The notes below the pieces were generated by a model. The model was not told the origin of the DNA and did not search any database. It worked only from the letters and a program-made list of their open reading frames with translations. This document shows positions 14,320-29,692 of a stretch of DNA of 64,000 bases, in pieces. The translations under genes were made by a program, and so were the position numbers. Every line of letters begins with the position of its first letter. The stretch's first letter is position 1. The stretch comes from Eledone cirrhosa. Its lineage: Eukaryota. The stretch is taken from the NCBI GenBank assembly GCA_964016885.1, contig OZ024746.1:66774001-66838000 (forward strand), in the 5' to 3' direction.

Positions 14320-14503
14320 AATAATTGTTTCTACGTTTGGCACAAGGCCAGCAATTAACCAGTGCATTACTGGTACTTTATTTTATCGACCCCGTAGGGA
14401 TGAAAAGCAAAGTTAACCTCGACGGGATTTGAACTCAGAATGGCAAAGGCCGTAACTCTATGCGTCAAAGCATGGCGTCCGACCCTCTACCGATACTGCC
14501 AAT
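14320..14503 (-). mobile_element. SINE, same family
   Basis: Reverse complement of the family consensus. Confidence 0.88.
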
Positions 14504-14560
14504 AATATGAGGAAAAAGGTAACGGATGGATCGTATTGCATCAATAATAGAAACCATTGG

Positions 14561-14743
14561 ATTGCCAGTATCGGTAGAGGGTCGGACGCCATGCTTTCCA
14601 GCATAGTTACGTCCCTTTACGATCTGAGTTCAAATCCCGCCGAGGTTTACTTTACCTCTCATCCTTACGGGGTCGATAAAAATAAAGTACCAGTAATGCA
14701 CTGGGTAATTGCTGGCCTTGTGCCTAAAATAGAAACAATTATT
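14561..14743 (+). mobile_element. SINE, same family, head-to-head with 14320-14503
   Basis: Full family sequence. Confidence 0.88.
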
Positions 14744-14820
14744 GTTGATTTTGATAGCCAGGGGTAGCAGCTGCAGCACCAGCCCTCCAGCGGCAATAGC
14801 AGCACCAGCATCGGTAGTAA

Positions 14821-14873
<53 letters not shown>

Positions 14874-15719
14874 AATGATGCTTAATAGAATTGATGAGAT
14901 ATGTAAATCGAAACGAACTGGAATTGATAATGAGGGAAAAAATGACTTGATAGTAATAATTATATAATTAAGAAAATAGGAAGTAGACAATCCACTTCTT
15001 ATCTCGGACGATATCAGAAAATTTCATTATACATTTGAAGAGGTTTATTGACAGGGGACTAAATTCATTGAATTATGTGTGTTCACTTGCAGCAAAGAAG
15101 AAACTTATAAAATTGACATACACGAAAAGTGGGAATGATTTTACAATTATACTAAATGTAAACTGGTATTCGTAAATCTTTATTCATACAGACGTTTCTG
15201 AATTTCAGTAGTTCAATTACTAAATAATTCCACCTAGAACAAACATCAATTCATCACATTTCAAACTGAAAGACAAATGGGAGTTAGCTTACAAACTTTG
15301 ATTAGCCAGGCCAAGAACGCTGACTAACTTAATTACACGTTTCCATTGAAAAACTTGCTCCATGGCATTTGTTACTATTAAAAGAATCTGACGTATCTTT
15401 AATTAATAATTATTTTCCCGTCAGCAGTTTTGCTGTATTCATTATTTATTTTTTAATGTGAATGTTAAACATTGGGGGTTAGAATAGAATATATAAAGAA
15501 AAAGAAACATAATTCTATTTCAGAATGTTATCCATTTGTTGTATGATTTTACTCATATGTTATACTCTATTTCACGAGTTTATTAAATTGCTTTTGTAGA
15601 ACTAAACAATAAAACAATGTCTCTAAATATAGTTGGTATCATTTGACGTCGGCGGTATCTACATGATGGTTTGTGATTATATAATCAATTTTAGAAACAA
15701 TAGGTGGTTTTACATCAAC

Positions 15720-15965
15720 GATCATACACGATTTGTAACAATAGCCTGATACAGCGTTCCTTTGTCAGTGTTGAACATACGAACAACGATGGTTGCTGGA
15801 CACTACGGCTTAATACGGGATGTTTGATTACAAACACACCGAGCATTATAATAAATGTTCGGTGAATCCATACGTACATATATATATGTGTGCATGTATG
15901 TATATATATATATACATACTGCTGTACGTCGGTATACATATATGAATGTACGTGTACATACTTAT
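15720..15965 (+). mobile_element. Decayed copy of the 436-bp HHR element at 55059-55542
   Basis: Shared TGTCAGTGTTG...ACGATGGTTGC...TATAATAAATGTTCGGT...CCATACGTACAT...CTGTACGTC; ribozyme segment mutated or deleted. Confidence 0.7.
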
Positions 15966-16267
15966 ACCTGATACATAATCTAATATAAATCCCTCTTGTG
16001 AAATTGTTTTTATTTCCTTATTACTTATCTACCGTTGTAGACAAATTATCTGGACTACTAATGCAATTTACAATATGAGACAATGGCACTCTTCTTTCCG
16101 TCTATCTTTCTGGTTTGCTGCAATCTTTTCCCAGAGATCCACCTGAGACGTCGCTCATTCTCTTCACCCCGTGCCTTAGTCGCTAGGGATTCTTTCCCAA
16201 TTGTTTTCTTGTCCTAGTCTTATGACTTTCATAAACTTTATCCCGATATTCTTATACACACACACAT

Positions 16268-16335
<68 letters not shown>

Positions 16336-16429
16336 GCGTACGTGAAAACACACACGTACACTCACACACACACACACACACACACATATATACGCCCACA
16401 CGTGAAAACACACACGTACACTCACAACA

Positions 16430-16490
<61 letters not shown>

Positions 16491-16517
16491 TTATATATAT
16501 TTAGGAAAAGAGTCAGG

Positions 16518-16613
16518 ACCCCGACGGCTGAGCTCCGGCCGTTTCGACAGCCATTTCTGAACTAACGCAGTATTGTTAGCAGAGCAGTTGTCTGGCTGAA
16601 TTTATCAAGGGGT
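16518..16613 (-). ncRNA. Type I hammerhead ribozyme, U3-A8 core variant
   Basis: Minus: ACCCC-UUGAUAA-AUUCAGCC...GGCUGUC-GAAA-CGGCCGGAGCUCAGCCG-UC-GGGGU. Confidence 0.78.
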
Positions 16614-17502
16614 AATTCCATATATGGGCATGTACTCCTGTCAAACAGTTCTCAAAGTTGTTTTTTATCAGGGGAGTGGTCAAAGTCTTTGTAAACACAG
16701 TTACATTCCTTCATATCTGGGGGTGGGGGTGGCTGAACTTTCCTGTAGAACAAGGGGAGCGAGTAATATGATAATCTGACCTGTGGATGTAAGCCGGTCA
16801 TGCGTTAAGAGGGAATTCTATACAGCTATCTCTAAAAGGGGTTAGGGAACATATGATAAATAAAGAGATTAAGCGTTGGCTAGGAGGCAAAGCAAAATTC
16901 CAAATTAATAAAATTTATAAAATTTAAGCAAATAGAATCTGATACAAAATTCTAAATTAATAAAATCTACAAAATTTAGTTATTAGTTCATCCAAAACAA
17001 TAAAACATCGTCTCGTTATGGTAAATTATCAATAATATCGTCTGTAATGATGCCCCCCCTCCCCCCACACACACACAAAACAGAGGAAACACCGGCTATA
17101 TTTTCAGCTAGTGCTATATAGATACAAAAGGGTGGTGATACTAGGGTTACTCAAAGGGAGAATGAGGCTGAAAGTAAGCGATGAGCCGCCTAATTGTAAA
17201 GGAGAGTGCAACTAATGAAGAAAAAATGAAAGTAATGGGAGGGGGAGAGGAAGAAAGTAAGAAAGATGAAGAAAGAAAATTGTTACTTCTACCTAAATAT
17301 GCTGGGGTTTCCTCTATCTTAGTCGGCAAATAGGAAAAAATGTTACAGCCATTGTCTACCCACCCGGGTCATGGCGAGGGGAGGGGTTGAAGGTAAGGTA
17401 TGCCCTATGCATTCTATTTGTTTACAAAGACTTTGACCACTCCCCTGGTAAAAACAACTTTGAGAACTGTTTGACACCAGTGCATGCCCATATATGGAAT
17501 TA

Positions 17503-17592
17503 GCCCTTGATAAGTTCAGCCAGACTACTGCTGTGCTAACTGCGTTATTTCAGAACTAGCTGTCGAAACGGCTAGAGCTCAGCCGTCGGGGT
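17503..17592 (+). ncRNA. Type I hammerhead ribozyme, U3-A8 core variant
   Basis: GCCC-TTGATAA-GTTCAGC...GCTGTC-GAAA-CGGCTAGAGCTCAGCCG-TC-GGGGT. Confidence 0.8.
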
Positions 17593-18025
17593 CCCGACTC
17601 TTTTCCTATTACCCACTCTACCATCCAAAGTATCGAGTACTCTGGTGCAGTATGGTCCACCTGGTTCCTTACCACAGTTCCTTCATTATATATATATATA
17701 GTTGAAAAAATGGTAGTTAAGTTCTCTTATAATGAAAATAAAAAAATAAAAAGGAACGGGACATGTGAAATGAAGGAAAAAACAAAGAAAAAGAGGATTG
17801 AAGGAAAGAACAAAAGAGATAAAGAAAGGAAGAAAATGAAGGATAAAGATCTTTAGCAGAGTTGTTTTTAGCATGAATTGTCCTTTTATCATGTGGTGTG
17901 CGTGTGTATATACGTGGGTGCAAATATTTGCATACAGGTGTGTATCAATTGATTATTCCCGTCTATTGAAGATTATTGTCGAATGGAGGACCATAAATAA
18001 AATAGTTCATTTTTCTGTCATAGGT

Positions 18026-18127
18026 AATAATTGTTTCTACTTTTGGCACAAGGCCAGCAATTTTTACAGTAGATTACTGGTACTTTATTTTATCGACCCC
18101 GTAAGGATGAAAGGCAAAGTTAACCTC
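18026..18127 (-). mobile_element. 5'-truncated SINE
   Basis: 3' half of the family on the minus strand. Confidence 0.8.
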
Positions 18128-19949
18128 ATAATAAATGGTTGGTGATAGTAATTATTGATAACCTGGCGTACAGGCAACGATAGTAAAGCACAGCTTAGAG
18201 AAATAATCATGTATTCCACGACATCTATCCTATATTGACAATATTTTTTCTTACCTCATTCTTATAATTTCATTTAAAATTCATAACTTTATGTATATTT
18301 TCCTTGTAGTTGATAAGATTTTATTTTTATTGAGATAATATTTTTCTAACGGAATCAGAGGAAACGAGAAGATATTGTATACCAATTAACCGATTCCTAA
18401 AAATGTTAAATATTTGGCACCGATAATTCCATAATCGTTTTGTCGCTAAGCCAGTGTATATAATATTTGATTACTGTCTAACATAACGTTTGCGTTCGTG
18501 TGTGTGCATATATAAGCAGTGTTCACAAAATATGTAATTTGCCCTTAACGATAGCAACATCTTAGAGAATCTCATTCTTTAAACAATTATCAGCATGAGA
18601 TAAATCTACATTCAGAGGTTTACCAGCTTGTCTTAAATTCAATCCAACTAAAATTATATAGAAATACTTATCAAATGTGAATAACTGTGTCAGTTATAAA
18701 TTATATTTCTACATAAGATCAGCTCAAATTTGTTGCCACAATTTTCCAATCATCTTGCATTTCCCTGTTTCTCCGACCGAGTCATACGACAATTATATGA
18801 ACATCTGTAGCTCCAATTAGCGAATCATGCAGACTCAACTTTAAAAAAATAATAGTTTATGTGTGTGGGTATGTGATTGTCTGTAGGTGTGTATGTGTTT
18901 ATGAGTATATGTGTTGTGTGTTTTTGTGAATAACTGTGCCTATGTATATCTATGTGTCTGCGTAGATGTGTTGTTTTGAAATCTCAAGTAACTATTTACC
19001 AGTATATTTACGTATATTCATTAAACATATTCAAAATTTCGCCGTTACAGAAATAATTTAAACTTTAGTATGCATCCGTCATAAAGTTTAAATTATTTCT
19101 CCTCTAATTTGGGGAAGTTATTTTCTGATTTTTGTTCATGAGTAATGGCTTTTATTAGATATTTGTTTAATATCAGTGCCTCATTAGACAATGATTTTAA
19201 AATAGTGTTCTTTTCTATAGTATCCAGTAGTTTGGTATTTTAATGTCTCGAGTATATTTTAATTATCCTCAAACAACTTTCCACACACATTATTGAAATC
19301 ATTCATTTTAATTTTTTATTAATATTGTTTTAATTTTCAGAATTGATTTCTTTATATTTTCACAAAATTTATTTTCAACGACTTGAAACATAATGGCACT
19401 TTGAAATATTTAATGCCTTAGAGACAAATAGGATTTTATGAACACCCATAAATAATTATCATCTCTTACCAACGCATGTATTTAATAGTATAAAGTTTGT
19501 TGATTTTGTGAGAAATTACCAGTGAGCTTTTGGCACTTTGGGTATATGATAGAAATAGACAAGTAAAGGTTAAAAAAAAAATATGTATATACTGATATTT
19601 TCTGTAGGAAATATGTAAAATGATTGGTATCCGTTATATATTAAATCGATTCAATCGATCAATAATAACTTTATTAACCTAATAATTAACTAAGACGAAT
19701 TCGCCTTTGGCAGATTTGATACCATAAAACATGTTTTGAACAAAATATAAGTTCGATTTTCTGCATTCATGTTATTTTGTCAGTTAACTTCACCACGATA
19801 ATATTCTATAAGTTTATATAGAAAGACGTAAACATATGTTGCATCACGGACGCTAAGCCTCAAGAAAAAATAAACAAAAAAATCCACGAATATCAGGACA
19901 AGTAATCTGTTTCAAGGAACAGATATCGCCGGAATGCATATTTACAAAT

Positions 19950-20430
19950 TTACAGTCGTAATCCACTCATTGAAAAACAGGAGCTGATAGATCCAAGCCA
20001 CGTTACATACAATTACAGCACAATATTTAGCAATGTTAAGATCAATGACAATCCAGATCACACAGTGGCTAATGCCATCTTTGTATTTGGAAGGGTGATA
20101 AAGGAAGTGTGGAACAAAACTGATGTGTTTGCGCACGCAAAATACAGAAGATCTTGCAATATTATTATCTTATTTTATGTATTGGATGCATAGATGGTGT
20201 GACATCAAGTGCTAAGGAATGCTTTACATATATACGCTGAGGTACATGACGTAGATCATGAACATCATATGGAATGACAAGTCTAAAAAGTGTTCATACT
20301 AGAGAAATACCCGTCCCATAGAATGAAAGATATGTGAGTGTAACTAAATGACCACAGCCTTGGATATAGAGAGTAAACACTGATATGTGAATCGACATCT
20401 CTGAATCTGAGGACAGAAACTAGTAGACGA
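19950..20430 (+). pseudogene. Decayed RTE-clade LINE RT C-terminal region
   Basis: Hand translation VANAIFVFGRVIKEVWNK...ILFY resembles the RTE motif IAKASxAFGRLxxRVW...LLYG; stops and frameshifts. Confidence 0.55.
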
Positions 20431-22379
20431 TATTGATTCACTTTTCATATCACGAGTTAAGACATTTTAAATGAATACTCATCGAGCCTTTCGGTGGACT
20501 TCTTACAATAATGAATTATAGGATGAAATAAATGTTTCAATAAATCCGTTTTTCATCTGTCATATATCACAATTCGTGTATATTTTTGCATTCCCACATG
20601 TTCTCGTCGATTTGGTTTTAACAATCGTTTTAATTATAATTTAGCTCCCTAACGCCTACACATCGATTACAAGTAATTAGTATAAACATCTGCAATATGA
20701 TAATGATAATACAAATGTTACACGGGCGGTGGTAGGGTCAAAAGAAAGAGAATAGAATGTTGGTGGAAGGGGAGATTAGAAGATTATGAGGTCAAGGGAT
20801 TGATAAAATTCATTTTATTTACTGTTAATAGAAGGGTGTACGTAACATTCTACGGAGTATGTGAAAGGTCATTTGCTAGTGTCCTGATGGAAATGACAGG
20901 TATTAAACGAATGAGGGAGAAGAAAGAAAGTGTCATTTATGTTACGGACTTAATCTAACAAACAATCATGTACATACATGTGTGATATCTTGAAATGGGC
21001 GACTGTTGGAGATGAGGTACGAATATATTCAGATTGAATTGAATGCTTACAGAACAATATGAAAAATGTAAATGTAATGAATCGCACTAAGCTATATATT
21101 TTGGTTTAATCGGTATCAACATAATTTATGTTATTGAACCACGAGTTTTTAATCTAATCCGCGTTGGGTTTAAACTCACTGTCTAAAGTCATACTATTAA
21201 ATACTGTAAGTAGCTTACACGTGTAATTTATTGATTTCGCCTCTTAAATGTTCAAAATTTGTGCAAGCTTTATAGATATGATGTTTTTTTTTTATAACAT
21301 TATGTTATAACTAGAAATCTAATTTTGTACGCTGTTTAAAATAGCACTAATTACATATTTCCTATCATTAGAGGTAATAAGGTAAAACAGGTTGGATATA
21401 AAAATTGTCTTCAAAATTTATCAAATTATTAAAAATAAATTTGTGAAACAGATGGGCTTCATTGAAGTGCTAAAAAGCTGATGTGTTACGTGCAAACAGG
21501 TGTTTGATAGCTATATATATTCTATTTTGTTCAAATCTATGCCTCTTTCTTCAGACTAGAGATGCCTATGGTGCCCTTAAAATCCCAAGCCATCATTTCA
21601 AATGTAGATGATTGCACACTTAACGAAGTGAAAATAATATAAATGGAGTATAAGGAACCACGAAATATTTTATCGTATCTAAATCATATAATATATGTAA
21701 GTAATGAATACCATTGTTTTGTCATAATCCCAGTGTGGTTTCTATGAAAAGGGAGCAGATGTCATCCTAATAAAACTGTAATATCCAGCTACCGACCATA
21801 CAAAAATAAAAGTTAAAATAAATGTTAACAATGGGTCTGCATCCATTTATGCATGCAGGTTAACAAAAACAATGCTTATAACTATTTTGATTATCAAGGC
21901 GTGTTCAGTTCTAAAATGGATATAGTGAATAGAAAAAAGCTAGAAACATACTAGAAGGACAAGCGAGATAGATAAAATTATATCTGAGAATCTTTGACAT
22001 GACTATTTCTATGAATGGCTTGGAAGGGACCAACGCAACGCACATCATATTGCCAAGTGGACAATCCAAAGTGACAAGTGTATATCTGCTGATGTCAGCT
22101 TTCTTTCTTATGTAGGTTATCGTTATGTTATTATCCTTGTGTATGTCACTGCCTTCCATCTCATATTTATTTTCTCATTCAATCTCGAATATTAGAACAA
22201 TAGAGATAAAAGAAACGCAGAGAATTCCTCATAGTTAAGTATTTAGACATGACAGTTTGTATTTTACGAAACTTCAGGCTGTTGGCAGCTTTGTCAATAT
22301 GTCTAAATATATATTTGGAATGAACTCAATCAACTCAATGCATACACCCGTAGATACAGGAAGATTGCGGGAGATGATT

Positions 22380-22458
<79 letters not shown>

Positions 22459-22459
22459 C

Positions 22460-22516
<57 letters not shown>

Positions 22517-22551
22517 TATATATATATATACACATACATACATATATATGC

Positions 22552-22582
<31 letters not shown>

Positions 22583-22601
22583 CACACATATATATATACA
22601 T

Positions 22602-22698
<97 letters not shown>

Positions 22699-24420
22699 CA
22701 TGTATATCATCATTATTATTATTATTATTATAAGGGATATTTGTATTTTTAAATTCCATTGTGTTTGTATATGTGGAACTTGTGCGGTATGTGTAAAATG
22801 CGAAGGAACGTTGATTTCTATGACTTAGGGTTATCGATGTGGACGTTATTAACAATTTATTGATTTTTGTCGACAAAATAGGCGGCTGTTCTTTTTTTAT
22901 TTTCGTTCAGTATTGAAAACTCTGTACACTTGAACAAATTATCGATATACAATCAGCGGTTTTCATGTGATGTAAAAAAAAGAATGTCACATGACAGATA
23001 TTTAGTTGGATCCCTTACTACATATCTTGACTTGTTAAATATAGCAGCCCCCATTTATTTCAAATTACATAGTCTATAAAACTTCCATGTAGCCACATGC
23101 TACTGTAGCCATAGCTACACAATATCATGAGAAAATCGGATTCTCACAGCAGGAACCACTTTCATTACATATGTATTCTATAAGAATAGATTCGGATATA
23201 AACAACAACAAAAAGATTCTGATATAAACTATAAACGTAGAGATGATATGAGAACAAGCGAATCATATGCACTAAAAGAACAGCTGAGATTCAAGCATAT
23301 GGATCTAAATGAAGCTTAAAATGTCTCAGCAGAGTGAAACGCACTTGCAGTAAAATTGTTTCGGTTACAATTATCCGTTTCGGAATAACACCAAATCCTG
23401 TTTCGAGATAATGTTTTATCTCCCATAAACACGCTGCTATATGATACTCACAACTGTGAAGTGAGATTGTATTGATTTCATTTCTGACACCATCCAGTTT
23501 TAAGAGAAGTAGTTCAAAATATAATAAATACACTTTAATTGAATTAGTGGAATTCACGCCTCAGAAGGATGACAGTTAATATACGACCTCCAGAACGGAT
23601 AATAAAGCATGATGCTGATTTGAAATGATACATGATAAAATAAGAAAGAGAAATATTTATTATATTAATATAGTACATATTTAATTGGTTATGGTGGTGG
23701 GGTGTTTGCTATTAAGTGTTAGGTTTACCCTGAAAAAGGATTTGATTTGAGTATTTGAATTTTCTCGGAAATTCAAAATTTTATTTTCACTGAAATTCAA
23801 ATTTAAAATTTCATCTGAAAAGGACTTGATGCACGAAGTAATGCAAGATGTTAAGTATATTTTTCGTCTAATCTGTACTCAGCTACTGAAATTTTGGAAC
23901 ACAGCATCTGACTATTTATTTCTATTATCATTTAGTATACACAAACACAAAGACGCACACGCACACGCCCACGCATACACACATATATACAGACACATAT
24001 AAACGCAATAATAATCCCCTCAAGTACGCACATACTAAATATATACACAACCAAACTCACACTCATTCATAAATAAACACACAGAAAAACACGCATACAC
24101 AGACTAATACAAAGGCAGTTTTATTAAAATGCACTTCATATCATACAGATAACAGTAACAATGATAGACCCGAACTCTCCGCCACGACACCCAGCCCAGT
24201 TTGGCGGTGCATTTATCTACGTATACTTAAACGTTTAGCCTCTTCTCTCTCCGACATAGATCCTTTCTTGATGAAGGACTAAATTCCGATACTTTGAAAC
24301 ATTCCTTTTACTTTTCTAACAAGCGTGAAAATAACATGAATTTCTGATAATGTATCCCTGTGTTCATCTTATTTATCTTGTATCGTGACACTAGACTGCC
24401 AGTGAGTTTGATTAAAAGAT

Positions 24421-24598
24421 AATAATTGTTTCTACTTTGGCACAAAGCCAGCAATTATCCAGTACATTACTGGTACTTTATTTCATCAAAACCGTAAAGA
24501 TGAAAGGTAAAGTTAACCTCGACGGGATTTGAACTCAGACCGTATATGGACGTAACTATGCTGGAAAGCATGGTGTCCGATCCTCTATCGATACTGCC
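24421..24598 (-). mobile_element. SINE, same family
   Basis: Reverse complement of the family consensus. Confidence 0.88.
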
Positions 24599-27335
24599 TA
24601 ATAATACATCTGTCTTTTGTCGTGAGCAACAGTGCGCCGTTTCTGCTGATAGTGAATTTCTAAATTTCCACGTCAACTCGCATAACCTAATTTTATTTAT
24701 ATTTGCGTGAGCTTAATTTCTCTTCCCGTCTCCCTCTTTCTCTCATTCCTTCACTGTCCCCCATTCCACTCTTTCCGTATTCCTCCCACTATGTCTCACC
24801 TGACTGGCACCTACCACAAGCAATTAGGCCGCAAGCTTTGTCAGTCATGATTTTTCTTCGTTCCACATTTCCCCACAGAAATCCATGTTTTTCTTGCTAC
24901 TGGTATCCATGGTGCACATATGCATGCACAATATGATGCCTATTTATTTTAAGCCATATTCCGTTAGCATTTATTTCTCCTTTTGTCAGAACCTACTGTC
25001 CTTAATTTTTTTCATTTTGTTATTGTTTCACATGAATGTCAAACATAAATCGATCATTCGATCTTTTGCACGATACTCTAACACAAGAGCAATGCCACTA
25101 TATTGTGTGACAGTGAAATAATAGCCAGGGGGTTGACATGGGAATAATGCATCTATGATTTGCCTTTTGCAACAGAGTGTATTTTATGCGGATACTGTAT
25201 TTCTGTATAAAATATCAACTTTGATAAAATAATACACACGCACACACACACACATATATATATATAAACTAATTCGATATCGAGCTATACAGAAAATGTT
25301 CACACCTCAAATCATCTCATTGACATTGAAAAACTATTCCCCATAAATTGCCGTTCAAAATCAATGTTCTTTTTAAAATATAATTAGTGGAAAAATATTC
25401 GCATTTGATAAGACGTATAAGATATTTTTGGTTTTGTGATGAAGTGCTTAATCATCGTAAAATATACAAATTCATAATAGATATCTATAGAATATCGATA
25501 TATGATTGATTTTACTAGATCCCTTAACCCACAAATAGAAAAGCTAATGCTTCCATAATAATAGATATGTTTTACTCTCAAAACTATAAAAATTTATAAT
25601 ATTTACATGGCATATTGAGAAACAAAATGATTGGTTAAGCTTCAAAGCTAAAATAAAATTCAGGTCAATGAATATGATAAAGTTATATACTATACATTTG
25701 AGAAAATTAATATGTTTGTTGCCGCTTTTGTTCGTGTATGCGGGTGTTCAATTGATATAAACATATATACATGGTAATGTTTACATGTCTATATATAAAC
25801 ATTGAATAGACACACACATACTTAAACATTGTCACATTTATGTGTTATACATTAAATTTGAAAGATTATGAATATTCTTAATTCATACTCGAGCATAATG
25901 GGAATCCTCACAATAGGTTTACATCAGACAATAACAGTTTGATAGATACTTATCTCTAAACCTTATGAGTTCTCATTAATCTAATTGTAATCATCTGTGC
26001 TCTGTCTATATACATTTTGGCATTAAATAAGCAAATTAGCACTTTCCGTCCTAATTTCTACTACATTTTTATAAATTTATCAGTTACGTTTTTCCTTTGG
26101 ATTGTTTGAAGGATAAATTATTTGATGAGGTCCCCAATTAGGGTCGAAACTTAATTAAAACAATTAATTATATATTGCAGTTTATGGGGTAATACGTAAA
26201 CTTTATGTATTTCAATGTCTATATATTCAATGTGTTAAACTCTGTACTGTATATGTTCAGTTGAAACTTAAAGCTTGATTCGGTTGCTTAGAGTATAATA
26301 TCTCGCTGAGGAATCTAAGCTAAGTGTATATCCAAAGTTCACCATTTTTTATGCATAGTCCCTAAGATGGGATATATAAGGTTATCCCTGAATCTGCTCT
26401 AAATAATCTCAGGATATTTATTTAGATGTTCAAGAATATACATACAGTTTTATTTTAGTCTTAACTAATAATCCACTCTCAGTAAGGTGAATTTTAAATA
26501 GTTTTAGGATCTAATTAGTGCGAATTACATACGTAAGATCAGGTAACAAGTATGACAAACGTTAGAAACAAATAATATAATATAGTATAGAAGACTTGTC
26601 TGTCATTTCATACCCTATGCGCAAGCATATTGTATAAAATAGGTGACAGATGATAACATTAACTTTAAATGTATATAGGCTTTAGGTATGTGCATAGAAT
26701 GATGAAATAACAAAAATGTTGAACACATTAAAACGATCAGCTGCTGTTTTTTTGATTTGTTTTTTGTATAGGGAATCGTCTCAATATACATCATAACAAA
26801 CCGATATTAACATAGATTTTCGCTCAATCATACGCTTTTTTATTAGCGCAAAGCGTACACAAAACTAATAATTGTAGCAGGCGATTAAAAACAGGGAATT
26901 AAAAATGAATTTTATTGTAAGCAGAAACATTTTCTGCTAGAACGCTTCGTCTCCGAACGATCGGCTCTTTAAACAGTCTAAATAGCTTAGTTAGCTTAGC
27001 GAGGTAGCTGATGACTAATTGGTAATCATAGCAACATACAAACATTTAATTACGACTTGTGCTCTGTTGGAAATAGTTGTTGCCGTGTAAGTCCTCATAT
27101 ATTCGACAATGATCTACGAAATCATAGTGTGCAACTGGTTACTGACATCAAATGAGTTGTATACAGATCTGCGTGAAATAATTTGGTGCGATTGGTTAAG
27201 GGGATTGACTCTTGTTCTTAGATAACCAAATATGTAAGAATGTTTTCCCGAGAATATACCACGCCGACTATATAGAGTTTGCAGACAAAAACAAATTCCT
27301 ATCTTTCAACTGAAATGCGCCTACAGCATAGTATT

Positions 27336-27508
27336 TACCGTATTTCTCGACGCCGAAGACACTTCGTCGTCGAGGACGCACCTTAATTTAGTCAACCAAA
27401 AATTTGGAAAAAAAATACTAATCAACCTTCGGCCTCCAGGACCCATGGTAGATTTTTGAAACTTATTTCAGGAAAAAAGTAGCGTCTTCGATGCCGGGCA
27501 ATTCGCTA
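27336..27508. mobile_element. pogo/Tigger-like MITE (non-autonomous DNA transposon)
   Basis: Imperfect TIRs TA-CCGTATTTCTCGACGCCGAAGAC / GTCTTCGATGCCGGGCAATTCGC-TA, TA at both ends. Confidence 0.6.
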
Positions 27509-28227
27509 TCAAACAAGAGTAATCTACTCAAAGTAAAATTAGGTGTGAATCAAATGTAAATGAAATAATTACTGCAGATAGATTAAAAGTCGTTTGTCGT
27601 TTAGCTAACAGTAGTTTGATGCTAGAGCTTCTTCTTTGGTGTGGGGGAAACAAACCATATGCCAAAGCTGTTGTTATGGATGTTCCTTTCCCAATTAGGA
27701 ATGAAATAATACTATTTATCCCCGAATAAATCCAATGTCAGATTCATTTAAAAGATGTAAGATTCATTTTTTTTTTATTTGTTGCCGCATTTAGTGAACT
27801 TGTATAATACCGTGGCAACTTCGAGGATTCTGAACATTACTTCAAATTGGAACTTAAATTGCCGGAATTTAAAATTGCTTAAATTATCGGAATAATATGA
27901 AACAAAGTGAACATGGATAGAATTTGAACTTAGAACGTAGAATGTTAGATCATAATCATATGAATTGATGTATGTTGTCAGACGTGCGACTGGATCTGCA
28001 ATCTTAACATCGTAATAGTTTCGAGGGGTTGTATTTAATATACAGAATATTTAGAGCTTCAGATAGAATGCTTTGCAGTATTAATTCCGTCTTAAATTTG
28101 CATTCATCATTTCAAGGTTGATAAAACATGTACCGTGAGAGGGGCTAGTGCGAGGGAGGGTTTTTCATAATTCCTCTCTCGCTCTCTCTAAATATATATA
28201 TATATATATATATACAGAGAGAGAGAG

Positions 28228-28309
<82 letters not shown>

Positions 28310-28934
28310 AATGGGTTTTTTTTTAAATAAAAAAAGTGAGATGACCTACAAGGTTGAAAGTTTAAGGAAAAGAAATCGAAGATGCAACTAAAGTCTTTTT
28401 AAGAATATTTGTTTGTTTCCTTTACCGGTTTCACAGTTCTCATGCTTTTCAAACGTAGAATTGAGACGGAGGGTCTCTGGTTTTTCTCCGAAAGAAATCG
28501 GGTGTGTTCGAACCAAGAGAGTGAATGTGCGCCACGAGGATTGAAATGCTCAAGATACACTGTCTATCACTATGGCACACCTACTATTCAATTTTTCTCA
28601 TATGAAACAGAATAATATAGTAAACGTATATATGACCGTTTGCAGGGTGTGTCAGGTAGAAAGATTAGGAACGTGAGAGAGGCTAGAAGAAATGAAATGT
28701 GTTTGTGTTTGCACATGCATGTACATGACATTTATGAGGGACGGTATATCTGTTATCTAGTTGCTGGCGTCAGTTTTCCAAATAATAAGAATAATCGAGA
28801 GAAAGAAAGAAATGATTTACACGTAAAACATATTACTATACACACATATTATATTGCATTTCACCTCTTTTGGCATGTTCTCCAGAATTCAGAATATATT
28901 ATTTCTATTACATATTTAACGAAAATCCGTTTAG

Positions 28935-29011
<77 letters not shown>

Positions 29012-29610
29012 ATGTGTACATATATAGGTGTGGACACAGAAAAGTAAAGAACTAACACATTCTGTTATATGCTATTCTCTGAATTATTCTATATATAGTC
29101 ACTGATCTAGAAAGAAATATAAATTATCAAAAAATTCCCTAGAACATTTCCTTATCAATAGTCATGCGATGCTGTTGGCAGCTTTAACGTGCAGAAAATT
29201 ATTGAGTAGTACAGTTCATTTATGTTCTGCTGAAATTCTGTTTGTTATTGCATTGTATTAAAACTGTCCTACAAATAATAATTCGATCTGCAATTCACAG
29301 TTGAATGATTTGATATTAATCCGAGTGTGATAGTTGTTTTAATTCCGGTGTTTCAGGAAATAGTTGATTTGAGACAACTAACTGAAGAACATCCCTGTGA
29401 GTATGCTATCTCAGCACAGGAAAGATATGTGGTAGAAATTTATGACTGACGAACTTTATCGCCAACATGTCAAACAATGCAACCGTAATATGATCTAAAG
29501 TTGTTTTTCGTATCAAAGAGTAAGCAGGAAATATATGCATAGTGTTTGACATGTCAATATCTTCTAAATTGCATTGTATTTCCTTGGTTTTGCACATGGC
29601 TCCATTGTAT

Positions 29611-29692
29611 TTTTTTCTTTTCTTTTCTTTTCTTTTCTTTTCTTTTCTTTTCTTTTCTTTTCTTTTCTTTTCTTTTCTTTTCTTTTCTTTTT
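29611..29692. repeat. (TTTTC)n microsatellite
   Basis: Direct inspection. Confidence 0.95.

Larger units (their letters stand above)
16501..17690 (-). mobile_element. Truncated PLE-type element with inverted pLTR arms (~16502-16696 / ~17420-17608), between (TA)n tracts
   Basis: ~190-bp inverted arms, each with an HHR; minus-strand RRLIAYFQPHSPFE* at ~17147-17191 weakly resembles a PLE ORF C-terminus. Confidence 0.75.

Noticed and set aside
22257-22876. Long YIYI/THTH/CVCV/ERER ORFs here and at 4254, 16201, 35952, 44836, 52757, 54723 etc.
   Set aside because: Translations of stop-free dinucleotide microsatellites; not genes
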